DNA of 17,775 bases from a bacterium (GCA_043818275.1 JBDRFY010000089.1:1-17775); one strand, 5' to 3'. Positions 8,636 to 16,846 are shown, counted from the stretch's first letter. The notes: generated by a model from the sequence alone, not told the origin. Numbers and translations are program-made.

Positions 8636-10246
8636 ATGAAAAAAACAACTCAATTAAAAAAAATTATTAATTCTTCTGAGTTAGAATTTATTATGGAGGC
8701 GCACAACGGTTTAAGTGCCAAAATTGTGCAAGAGGCAGGTTTTTCTGGCATTTGGGGAAGCGGTCTTTCTATTTCTGCGGCATTGGGTGTTCGCGACAAT
8801 AACGAGGCATCCTGGACGCAAGTTTTAGAGGTTTTAGAATTTATGAGTGATGCAACAACTATTCCAATTTTACTTGATGGTGATACCGGTTATGGAAATT
8901 TTAATAACATGCGTCGCCTTGTTAATAAGTTGGAGCAACGAAATGTTGCCGGAGTTTGTATTGAAGATAAACTTTTTCCAAAAACAAATTCTTTTATTTC
9001 AGGAGAAACTCAACCATTGGCAGATGTTGATGAATTTTGTGGAAAAATTAAAGCGGCAAAAGATAGTCAACTTGATGATGATTTTATTGTTGTTGCAAGA
9101 GTTGAGGCTTTTATTGCCGGTTGGGGTTTAAAGGAAGCGCTTGAACGCGCAGAAAAATATCGTTGTTCTGGTGCGGATGCCATCTTGGTTCATAGCAAAA
9201 AATCGGACTGTTCTGATATTGAAAATTTTATGAAAGAATGGGCAAATAGACATCCAATTGTAATTGTTCCCACAAAATATTATTCAACGCCAACAGATAA
9301 ATTTAGAGAACTGGGAATAAGTTTGATTATTTGGGCAAATCATAATTTAAGGTCTTCGATTCGCGCGATGCAGAAAATTTCAAAACAAATTTATGATGAA
9401 AAAACTTTAATTAATGTTGAAGATAATATAGTTTCGGTTAGCGAAGTTTTTAGATTGCAGGGAGCTGATGAGTTGAAAGATGCAGAAAAAAAATATTTAC
9501 CAGCAACAGGAAAAAATGTAAACGCGATTATTTTAGCGGCTTCAAAAGGGGATGGTTTTGCAGGGCTGACAGATGAGATTCCAAAGGCCATGTTGCCGGT
9601 GAATGGTAAAACCATTCTTGAATCCCAGATTGAAACTTTAAATTTAGCAGGTATTAAAGATATAAACGTTGTTGTTGGTTTTAAAAAAGATAAAATAAAT
9701 TTTGTAAATATAAATAAAATTGATAATGATTTTTTTAATTCAACAACAGAGTTGCACTCATTATTTTTGGCAAGAGAAAAAATTAATGGTGATACTATAA
9801 TTAGTTACGGAGATATTGTTTACAAGAGTTATGTTTTGAATGATTTATTAAATGATACAAATGATATTACTTTGATTGTTGACGCGGACTTTGTAAATTC
9901 AGGTGGTTATAAAGATTTTGTGGACACAGATATTGCCTATTCCAAAAAAGTTTTTTTTCAGGATGTTTCATTAACAAATATTTCTTTTAAATTAAATTCA
10001 GAAAAAATCACGGGAGAGTTTATTGGTATATGGAAAGTTAATTTTTCCGGAGCGAAAATTGTAAAAGATTGTCTTGAAAAAATATCAAAAAAAGATAACT
10101 TTGCAGCCATGCGCATGAGTGATCTTTTTAATGAGATTTTAAAGAATCATAAAATCGCGGTCCGATTTATAAAAGGTTCCTGGCTTGATGTTGACAGTAT
10201 TGTAGATTTGCAAAAGGTTGGAGAATTGCAAAATGTTGGATACTAA
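8636..10246 (+). CDS. pepM: Phosphoenolpyruvate mutase fused to a C-terminal nucleotidyl(cytidylyl)transferase domain
   Basis: Diagnostic [10 protein letters not shown] motif, plus [22 protein letters not shown] and VPTKY. From about residue 290 an NTP-transferase domain follows ([30 protein letters not shown]). Confidence 0.96.
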   Translation: MKKTTQLKKIINSSELEFIMEAHNGLSAKIVQEAGFSGIWGSGLSISAALGVRDNNEASWTQVLEVLEFMSDATTIPILLDGDTGYGNFNNMRRLVNKLEQRNVAGVCIEDKLFPKTNSFISGETQPLADVDEFCGKIKAAKDSQLDDDFIVVARVEAFIAGWGLKEALERAEKYRCSGADAILVHSKKSDCSDIENFMKEWANRHPIVIVPTKYYSTPTDKFRELGISLIIWANHNLRSSIRAMQKISKQIYDEKTLINVEDNIVSVSEVFRLQGADELKDAEKKYLPATGKNVNAIILAASKGDGFAGLTDEIPKAMLPVNGKTILESQIETLNLAGIKDINVVVGFKKDKINFVNINKIDNDFFNSTTELHSLFLAREKINGDTIISYGDIVYKSYVLNDLLNDTNDITLIVDADFVNSGGYKDFVDTDIAYSKKVFFQDVSLTNISFKLNSEKITGEFIGIWKVNFSGAKIVKDCLEKISKKDNFAAMRMSDLFNEILKNHKIAVRFIKGSWLDVDSIVDLQKVGELQNVGY

Positions 10247-10841
10247 ACAACTAGGTATTGTTTTAAGTCAGTATGGATTTAATTTTTACAGCGGTGTTCC
10301 TTGTTCTTTCTTAAAATATTTAATCAATTATGCAATTAATGACAGACAATTTTTAATGGCAGCTAATGAAGGCGATGCTGTTGCGATTTGCGCGGGAGCT
10401 TTTTTGGGTGGACAAAAATCGGTTTTGCTTTGTCAAAATTCTGGATTAGCAAATACAGTTTCACCATTAACTTCCTTAAATTATATTTTCAAAATTCCCC
10501 TTCTTGGTTTTGTAAGTTTGCGTGGAGAAATTGGTCTTGAGGATGAACCCCAACACGAACTTATGGGTCAAATAACAACTGAATTGTTAGATGTCATGAA
10601 AATTAAATGGGAATTTTTATCTCCAGATTTTGATGTTGCCACTCAACAAATAAAAAGAGCAAATGATTTTATTGAAAAAAATGAGAGCTTTTTCTTTGTT
10701 GTTAAAAAGGGAACATTTGCTCCTGTGGAGTTGAATGGAAAAAAAATTATTCGGATGACCCTTCGAGACGCTTCGCTCCTCAGGGCGAACGGGAAGAGGT
10801 TGTTAAAAAAAGGTTTTTTGAATATGATGAAAAATTTTTAG
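10233..10841 (+). CDS. ppd: Phosphonopyruvate decarboxylase, N-terminal (PYR) half; residues after about 10757 derive from the inserted element
   Basis: [29 protein letters not shown] and VVKKGTF. Start set at ATG 10233, with GGAG 9 nt upstream and overlap of the pepM stop. Confidence 0.88.
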   Translation: MLDTKQLGIVLSQYGFNFYSGVPCSFLKYLINYAINDRQFLMAANEGDAVAICAGAFLGGQKSVLLCQNSGLANTVSPLTSLNYIFKIPLLGFVSLRGEIGLEDEPQHELMGQITTELLDVMKIKWEFLSPDFDVATQQIKRANDFIEKNESFFFVVKKGTFAPVELNGKKIIRMTLRDASLLRANGKRLLKKGFLNMMKNF

Positions 10842-11017
10842 ATCAAAGTAAAAATGACTTTTATAGGAAGATTTTTTTTAAATTTTTATCAAAAATAACT
10901 CCAGGGCTATTTAAAATGCAGCCTTTTCTTGAATGTGAAAAAGAAGAAAATATTCTCCCTTCCGTTCGCCCTGAGGAGCCTGAAAAAGCTTTAGCTTTTG
11001 AAGGCGTCTCGAAGGGT
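10758..11017. mobile_element. 260-bp REP/MITE-like element bounded by palindromic inverted repeats, inserted in the ppd linker
   Basis: Left arm 10758-10792 ACCCTTCGAGACGCTTCGCTCCTCAGGGCGAACGG. Right arm 10962-11017 CCGTTCGCCCTGAGGAGC[..]GCGTCTCGAAGGGT is its reverse complement plus an extra internal hairpin (AAAAGCT-TT-AGCTTTT). The arms are GC-rich in AT-rich DNA. Confidence 0.85.
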
Positions 11018-11584
11018 TTCAAACGTCTACAAATTCTGGAAAAATTGACTGAATTAAAAGACGAAAAAACCGTTTTTATTTCATCCACCGGTTTTACATC
11101 GAGAGAACTTTACGAAGTAAGAGATGATGAACAAAATTTTTATATGGTTGGTTCAATGGGATGTGCAAGTTCCATTGGTTTAGGTTTATCTTTGGTGCAA
11201 CAAAACAAAGAAATTGTTGTAATTGAAGGTGACGGATCTCTTTTAATGCGTTTAAGTTCTTTACAAACTAATGCTTTTTATAGTTTAGGAAACATGCTTC
11301 ATATTGTTCTTGATAATAATGCACATGAATCAACAGGTGGGCAAAAAACAGTTTCAGAAAACGTTGATTTTGTTAATTTGGCGTTAGATTCTGGTTATAA
11401 AAAATCTGTTTACATTCATGATTTGGATGAACTTGAAAAAGAATATAAAAAATGGAAAGAGAATAAAATTTTAACATTTTTTTATATTAAAATTTTGCAA
11501 GGTAAAAAAGAAAATTTGGGTAGGCCAAAAATTAAACCGTTTGAGGTTAAAGAAAGATTAATGGAATGGTTAAAAAAGCCGTAA
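10916..11584 (+). CDS. ppd: Phosphonopyruvate decarboxylase, C-terminal ThDP-binding half (frame open from 10706; homology starts about 11018)
   Basis: STGFTSRELY, FYMVGSMG, the ThDP motif GDGSLLM...LDNN, HESTGGQ and LGRP. Confidence 0.88.
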   Translation: MQPFLECEKEENILPSVRPEEPEKALAFEGVSKGFKRLQILEKLTELKDEKTVFISSTGFTSRELYEVRDDEQNFYMVGSMGCASSIGLGLSLVQQNKEIVVIEGDGSLLMRLSSLQTNAFYSLGNMLHIVLDNNAHESTGGQKTVSENVDFVNLALDSGYKKSVYIHDLDELEKEYKKWKENKILTFFYIKILQGKKENLGRPKIKPFEVKERLMEWLKKP

Positions 11585-12279
11585 TCGTTGCAGCTGGACT
11601 TTCAAGTAGATTGTATCCTTTAACAACTGACATCCCAAAAGGTCTTCTTGAGGTTGGATCTATTTCTTTATTGCAAAGAAGTATTAATATTTTGAAAGAA
11701 AATGGAATAGAAAAAATAGCAATTGTTGTTGGGTTTAAAAAAAATAAAATAGTTTCAAGTTTGCAAAATTCCGTTGAATATATCTTTAATCCGTTTTATG
11801 AGCATTGTAATAACATGGGTTCTTTATGGTTTGCAAAAGATTTTATTGATAATGAACCGTTTGTTTATTTGCATGGTGATATTATTTATCAAGATGTGAT
11901 ATTTAAAAATTCCAAAAAATATTTTGAAAATAATTTAAATGATATTGAATTAGTTACAGATTTTGATTTTTTTGATGAGGAATCAATGAAGGTCAGGATT
12001 AATGAAAAAGGGAATTTGATTGAGTCAAAAAAGGAAATCGATTTAGCAAAAGCGCATGGTGAATGGATAGGTTTAACTTTTGTCAGAAATCCTAAGATTT
12101 TATTTAATTACATTGAAAACATTATGTTTAATGAAGGTTTAAATTTTTATGATACTTATGCTTTTACGCAAATGGCGCGTGATGGTTTTAAAATTTTTTG
12201 TAGCTCAACAGAAAAACAACCATGGGTAGAAGTTGATTTTATACATGATTATAAAAAGGCAAAAGAATTATTTGGATAG
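11566..12279 (+). CDS. LicC/PntC-like phosphocholine or phosphonate cytidylyltransferase
   Basis: AVIVAAGLSSRL..LT.DIPKGLL, VVGFKK, FNPFY...NNMGSLW, HGD, DEESMKV, GEWIG and WVEVDF..D; overlaps the ppd end. Confidence 0.85.
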   Translation: MVKKAVIVAAGLSSRLYPLTTDIPKGLLEVGSISLLQRSINILKENGIEKIAIVVGFKKNKIVSSLQNSVEYIFNPFYEHCNNMGSLWFAKDFIDNEPFVYLHGDIIYQDVIFKNSKKYFENNLNDIELVTDFDFFDEESMKVRINEKGNLIESKKEIDLAKAHGEWIGLTFVRNPKILFNYIENIMFNEGLNFYDTYAFTQMARDGFKIFCSSTEKQPWVEVDFIHDYKKAKELFG

Positions 12280-12284
12280 GGGGA

Positions 12285-13394
12285 ATGATGGATTTTTCGT
12301 ATTATAATCCCGTAAGGATGGAATTTGGACAAAATAAATTTTCTGTCGTAGGAGAAGCGATTGAAGACAGAAGAGCATTGTTGGTTACGATGCCTGTTTT
12401 TAAAGAGTTGGGATTTGTTGATGAAATTAAAGCTTATACAGAGAATATTGTTTTTACTTTGGATGATGTTGAAGCTCAGCCCAATTTTATAAATTTAAGA
12501 CGACAATATGATCTGGTCTGGAAAAATGATTTTGATGTGATAGTGGCCCTTGGTGGTGGCTCTGTTATTGATACAGCAAAAGTATTGTCTGTTTTTAATC
12601 CGGAAAAAGAGTTTGATTTTATTGATGATTTAATAAGAGAAAAAATTGCAAAGTCTGGTTATAACAAGATTCCAGTTATAGCAATTCCAACAACTGCCGG
12701 TACGGGAAGTGAAGTGACTCCATGGGCAACAGTCTGGGATACTGACAGAGTAAAAAAATATTCTTTGCATTTAAAAGATTTGTGGTGTGAAACTGCAATT
12801 TTAGATCCATGTTTAACCTTATCGATGTCCAGAAGTTTAACAATTCAAACAGCTCTTGATGCTTTGTCTCACGCTTTGGAAGCTATATGGAATAAAAATG
12901 CAAATTATGTTTCAACCGCTCATGGAATTCGTTCTTCAAGAGATATTCTGAAAAATTTGCCTCTTGCTCTTCGTAATTTATTTGATGTTGATTATCGTGA
13001 AAAATTATTATTGGCCTCTTTTCATGCTGGACTTGCTTTTTCTAATACTCAAACCTCAATTGCGCACGCGATTTCTTATTTTATTACTGGACGCAAAGGA
13101 ACTCCTCATGGTATTGCATGTAGTTTTACGTTACCGGATATTATTGATGCTGTTGTTGGTCAGGATATTATAATTGATAATGCAATAAGAAGTATTTTCG
13201 GTGAAGTATCAAGCATTCCGCTGCGAAAATTTTTTGCGCATTTGGGTGTTTCGGTTTACCTGAAAGATTATGGAATTAAAAAGGATGAGTTATTTGATTT
13301 GAAGAATTCATTAATTTCTAATCAGCGGGCAAGTAATAGTTTGATTAATAATTCAAAGTTATTTAATATTTTTGAAAAACAATTTTGTGTTTAA
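12285..13394 (+). CDS. Iron-containing (group III) alcohol dehydrogenase; probable phosphonoacetaldehyde reductase making 2-hydroxyethylphosphonate
   Basis: GGGSVIDTAK, PTTAGTGSEVTPWAT, and metal ligands in DALSH, AHAISY and HG. Position after pepM-ppd matches PhpC/FomC-type reductases. Confidence 0.85.
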   Translation: MMDFSYYNPVRMEFGQNKFSVVGEAIEDRRALLVTMPVFKELGFVDEIKAYTENIVFTLDDVEAQPNFINLRRQYDLVWKNDFDVIVALGGGSVIDTAKVLSVFNPEKEFDFIDDLIREKIAKSGYNKIPVIAIPTTAGTGSEVTPWATVWDTDRVKKYSLHLKDLWCETAILDPCLTLSMSRSLTIQTALDALSHALEAIWNKNANYVSTAHGIRSSRDILKNLPLALRNLFDVDYREKLLLASFHAGLAFSNTQTSIAHAISYFITGRKGTPHGIACSFTLPDIIDAVVGQDIIIDNAIRSIFGEVSSIPLRKFFAHLGVSVYLKDYGIKKDELFDLKNSLISNQRASNSLINNSKLFNIFEKQFCV

Positions 13395-15270
13395 TATTTT
13401 TTTATTTATTCAACCACTACTGATATCTTCTTATGCTGTTTTATTCACTTATTTATCCGCTATCGGTGAAGTATCTTTTTGGGAATTTTTTATAACTTAT
13501 TTTATTGTTTTGCTTTTTTCTTTGTTTTTAATTTTTCTTTTTAAATTTATTTATAAAAATTTTTCTAAAGCAACATTGTTTTCATCAATTTTATTATTAT
13601 TTTTTTGGAGTGTTACACCATTATCAAGAACTTTGTACGCGGTTAAATTTTTTGATATTCAAATTTTTCGTTTGCGATATTTGATTCCGGTTGTTGTTTT
13701 TTTTTTATTTATTTTATTTATTAGGTTATTTAAATCTAAAAAGCAAAATTATTTATTATCTACTCTCCTTTTTTATCCTTATTTAGCGTTAAATCTTTTT
13801 TGTGTGTTTAATATTGTTAAAGAAAAAATAGAAATAAATAAATTGATAAAAAAATTGGAATTAAACAGTGTCGCCCCGCAAACGGGGCTATGCGATGGTT
13901 ATTCTTTTGTACCCAGAGCTGCACCGCTTTGCGGCTTGCACTGGGCTAACAAATTTCACCCATTTCATGGGTTGTCCAATAAAAAGACATATTCTATTTA
14001 CAAAGAGCAATATGATGTAATTGAAAACGGTACAGCTTTCAATCAGTTTGCGGTTGTTGATAAATTATCTAATTTGTCTGATTACAATGATTTGCAAGAT
14101 AGAGAGGCGCATTCTCCTGTTTTTAATGAGTTTGCGGTTGTTGATAAATTATCTAATGTATTTGATAAGACCTCGAAGAGGTCGGCAATTTTTAGCCCAG
14201 TGCAAGCCGCAAAGCGGCGTAGCTCTGTGTTGGAAAAAAAACATAAATTAAGCCCCGCGGCGGGGCGACACATAAATCCAGATATTTATTTTATTGTTTT
14301 AGATACTTATTTATCCAATGAAGCATTGAAACAAAATTTTAATTTTGATAACAAAGAATTTTTGGATAATTTACAGAAAAAAGGTTTTGAGGTTTTTAAT
14401 AATTCTTACAGTAACTATCCGGAAACGGTTTCTTCTTTGTCTTCGACATTAAACATGAATTATCACGAAAATGTTAAATCTGGTGATATTCAACAATTTT
14501 TTGGCCTTGGTTTTTATAAAAATAAAAATAATATTGTATCAAAGTTTTTAAAATCTCAAGGTTATAAAATAATTAATATTCCATCAGTTTGGGGGCATGT
14601 TCCAAAAAATAATTATGCAAATGTTGATTATTATTCAAAATTTCCAAAACGTTTTTTTGCAAAACTTCTTGAACACATGTCTATAATGTCTCCGTTCGTT
14701 TATTTATATATTGGTTATAATTCAAGAACGGTTTTTTTTGATCAATTAAAAATAATTGAAAAACATATAAAAGATCTTTCACCTAAATTTATTTTTGCGC
14801 ATATTTTATGTCCGCATGCGCCATTTGTTTTTGATGAAAATGGTGGAAATACAAATTCAGCTGATTGGCTTAATGATAAAAAATTGTATCTTGGACAATT
14901 GAAGTTTGTTAATAAAAAAATCAATGAATTAATTGATAAAATTTTGCAACAATCTTCAAATCCACCAATTATAATTTTGCAGGCTGATCACGGTTTGAAT
15001 GCAGGAATTATGTTTTCAGATTATTCAAAAATAAATGAAATTGATAAAGAAAAATTAATAAAATGTTTTGGCATTTTAAATGCTGTTTATTATCCAGATT
15101 TAAATCATTTGGATGAACCCTTCGACAAGCTTCCCCCTTCGCCTATTAATAATTTTAGACTTTTATTTAATAATTATTTTGGTACTAATTTTGAATTATT
15201 AAAAGATCAATCATTTATTGGACCAGATAGTAATGGTCAATTTGTAAAAATTGAAAAATTAAGAGGGTAA
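13372..15270 (+). CDS. Membrane-anchored alkaline-phosphatase-superfamily (LtaS/EptA/sulfatase-like) protein with a roughly 135-aa linker insertion
   Basis: About five N-terminal TM helices, then PDIYFIVLDTY, SNYPET (Thr nucleophile position), HILCPHAPF and QADHG. The TTG start is uncertain. Confidence 0.82.
   Translation: MKNNFVFNIFLFIQPLLISSYAVLFTYLSAIGEVSFWEFFITYFIVLLFSLFLIFLFKFIYKNFSKATLFSSILLLFFWSVTPLSRTLYAVKFFDIQIFRLRYLIPVVVFFLFILFIRLFKSKKQNYLLSTLLFYPYLALNLFCVFNIVKEKIEINKLIKKLELNSVAPQTGLCDGYSFVPRAAPLCGLHWANKFHPFHGLSNKKTYSIYKEQYDVIENGTAFNQFAVVDKLSNLSDYNDLQDREAHSPVFNEFAVVDKLSNVFDKTSKRSAIFSPVQAAKRRSSVLEKKHKLSPAAGRHINPDIYFIVLDTYLSNEALKQNFNFDNKEFLDNLQKKGFEVFNNSYSNYPETVSSLSSTLNMNYHENVKSGDIQQFFGLGFYKNKNNIVSKFLKSQGYKIINIPSVWGHVPKNNYANVDYYSKFPKRFFAKLLEHMSIMSPFVYLYIGYNSRTVFFDQLKIIEKHIKDLSPKFIFAHILCPHAPFVFDENGGNTNSADWLNDKKLYLGQLKFVNKKINELIDKILQQSSNPPIIILQADHGLNAGIMFSDYSKINEIDKEKLIKCFGILNAVYYPDLNHLDEPFDKLPPSPINNFRLLFNNYFGTNFELLKDQSFIGPDSNGQFVKIEKLRG
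13868..14271. mobile_element. 404-bp in-frame REP/MITE-like element with composite inverted-repeat ends
   Basis: Outer IR GTGTCGCCCCGC (13868-13879) / GCGGGGCGACAC (14260-14271). Inner 36-bp IR 13914-13949 / 14192-14227 with 2 mismatches. Each end carries three local hairpins. Absent from the adjacent paralog. Confidence 0.88.
14045..14157 (+). repeat. Two exact 29-bp direct repeats, 84-bp period, inside the element
   Basis: AGTTTGCGGTTGTTGATAAATTATCTAAT at 14045-14073 and 14129-14157, encoding FNQFAVVDKLSN and FNEFAVVDKLSN. Confidence 0.95.
15117..15133 (+). repeat. Possible short relic of the same repeat family as the ppd element
   Basis: ACCCTTCGACAAGCTTC versus ACCCTTCGAGACGCTTC (10758-10774), 15/17 identical; lies in a loop that differs from the paralog. 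Confidence 0.45.
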
Positions 15271-15271
15271 G

Positions 15272-16846
15272 ATGAATTTTTTTAAAGATAAAAATTTTTG
15301 GTTGAGTTTTTTACAACCATATTTAATTTCAATTTATCCTGCGGTTATGGTTGCGGGTGGAAATTTGGGACAATTTTATTTCAGCGAGTTTTTAATTTAT
15401 ATTTGTTTTTTATTTGTTTTAATTTTATCTGTTTTTTCTTTTTTAACGTTTCTTTATAAAGATTGGAACAAAAGTTCTTTGTTTTTGTCTTTATTCCTTA
15501 TTTTTTTTTATGGGTTTCACCATTTTGCAAATATATATTTAATTCCTGTTGCAATTTTTACAGAAAAATATTTTTTTAAGTTTCAGGTCAGATATTCATT
15601 TATTATTGCCGTTTCATTGTTGATTTATCTTTTTTTAAAGCTGTTTAAAATAAAAAAAGTTCACAAAGTTTTTGCTCGGGTTTTAATTTTCCCTCTACTT
15701 ATTATTTATGTTTGGGCTTTTATCCAAATGGGTATTTTTTATAAAGAGTTAAATATTGAAATTAAAAAATGGGATAGTTTGCAGGATCAGGTTTACGAAA
15801 AATATTTTACTAACCTTAATTTGGATAAAAATAATAAAAAATTACCAGATATTTATTACATAATTTTGGATACTTATACATCTGAAAAAGCGTTGAAAAA
15901 ATATCACGACAAAGATATTTCCTGGTTTACAGATAATTTAAAAAAGAAAGGTTTTTATATAGCTCAGGATAGTTTTTGCAATTATGTATGCACAGAAATA
16001 TCTTTAGCTAGTTCATTGAATATGATACATCATGATAATTTTCCAAGAGAAATGTTTTATGGATTTTTACATCACCAAATCAAAAACAATTTAATCATAA
16101 AATTTTTAAAAAACTTAAATTATAAACATGTTTATATTGGTTATGATATTCCTTTGGTAATAAAAGACCTTAATAAAAGATCTCTTGTTAATGATATTAA
16201 AGATTATTTTACAGCCTCTTTTTACGATATGATTCGTCCCTTTAGTTTTATTCCATGTGTTTTAGGTGGGTGGTCCTTATGGTATTATCATTGGACCAAG
16301 TTAGAAGCATATCGGCATAGAAATACAATTCTTAATAACCTTATTAACTTAGAAAATGTTATAAATATTGATGGTCCTAAATTTGTTTTTACGCATATTG
16401 AATGTCCTCATGCGCCATATGTGTTTGATGAAAATGGTGATTATGTTGATGTTGATCCGGATATGGCTTACGCAGCTCAAACTGAATTTATAAGTCGTAA
16501 AATTGATAAAGTTTTAGATTTGATTTTGGATAGAAATAAAAATTCGGTTATTATTTTGCAGGGAGATCATGGTTTGCCAATTACTGGAACTTTTGCAGGT
16601 GGAGAAATTGAGAGATTTACTGATTTTGATTATGAAGTAAAATTAGTATTTCCTATTTTAAATGCTTATTATTTTCCTTTCTCTGATGATAAAAAAAATT
16701 TATATAACAATATTTCTCCGGTAAATTCATTTAGAATTTTATTTAATAATTATTTTGGTACAAGATTTGAATTGTTAAGAGAAGATTCATTTATTGGACC
16801 GGATAATACCGGACAACTTTATAAAATGAATAATTTTTTGACTTAG
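15272..16846 (+). CDS. Second membrane-anchored LtaS/EptA/sulfatase-like protein (tandem paralog, no insertion)
   Basis: TM N-terminus, PDIYYIILDTY, CNYVCT, HIECPHAPY and QGDHG; C-terminal LFNNYFGT.FELL...SFIGPD is shared with the upstream gene. Confidence 0.85.
   Translation: MNFFKDKNFWLSFLQPYLISIYPAVMVAGGNLGQFYFSEFLIYICFLFVLILSVFSFLTFLYKDWNKSSLFLSLFLIFFYGFHHFANIYLIPVAIFTEKYFFKFQVRYSFIIAVSLLIYLFLKLFKIKKVHKVFARVLIFPLLIIYVWAFIQMGIFYKELNIEIKKWDSLQDQVYEKYFTNLNLDKNNKKLPDIYYIILDTYTSEKALKKYHDKDISWFTDNLKKKGFYIAQDSFCNYVCTEISLASSLNMIHHDNFPREMFYGFLHHQIKNNLIIKFLKNLNYKHVYIGYDIPLVIKDLNKRSLVNDIKDYFTASFYDMIRPFSFIPCVLGGWSLWYYHWTKLEAYRHRNTILNNLINLENVINIDGPKFVFTHIECPHAPYVFDENGDYVDVDPDMAYAAQTEFISRKIDKVLDLILDRNKNSVIILQGDHGLPITGTFAGGEIERFTDFDYEVKLVFPILNAYYFPFSDDKKNLYNNISPVNSFRILFNNYFGTRFELLREDSFIGPDNTGQLYKMNNFLT

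Noticed and set aside
10218..10232. TTG start for ppd
   Set aside because: ATG 10233 has a well-spaced GGAG and gives a typical Ppd N-terminus.
10758..11017. Self-splicing intron or intein in ppd
   Set aside because: No recognisable group I or II boundary or core motifs, and no intein C/S...HN-C/S/T signature; the structure is simple terminal inverted repeats.
8636..13394. Phosphonate antibiotic (fosfomycin or phosphinothricin type) cluster
   Set aside because: The early steps are shared, but no radical-SAM methyltransferase, epoxidase or dioxygenase, NRPS, ATP-grasp or resistance genes are seen; neighbours are envelope transferases.
14038..14157. Direct repeats of CRISPR-like length
   Set aside because: Only two copies, inside an open reading frame with a codon-multiple period, and no cas genes or leader.
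13868..14271. tRNA, structured ncRNA or intrinsic terminators
   Set aside because: No cloverleaf or T-loop; the hairpins lack consistent U-tracts and occur as mirror-image pairs within a CDS.
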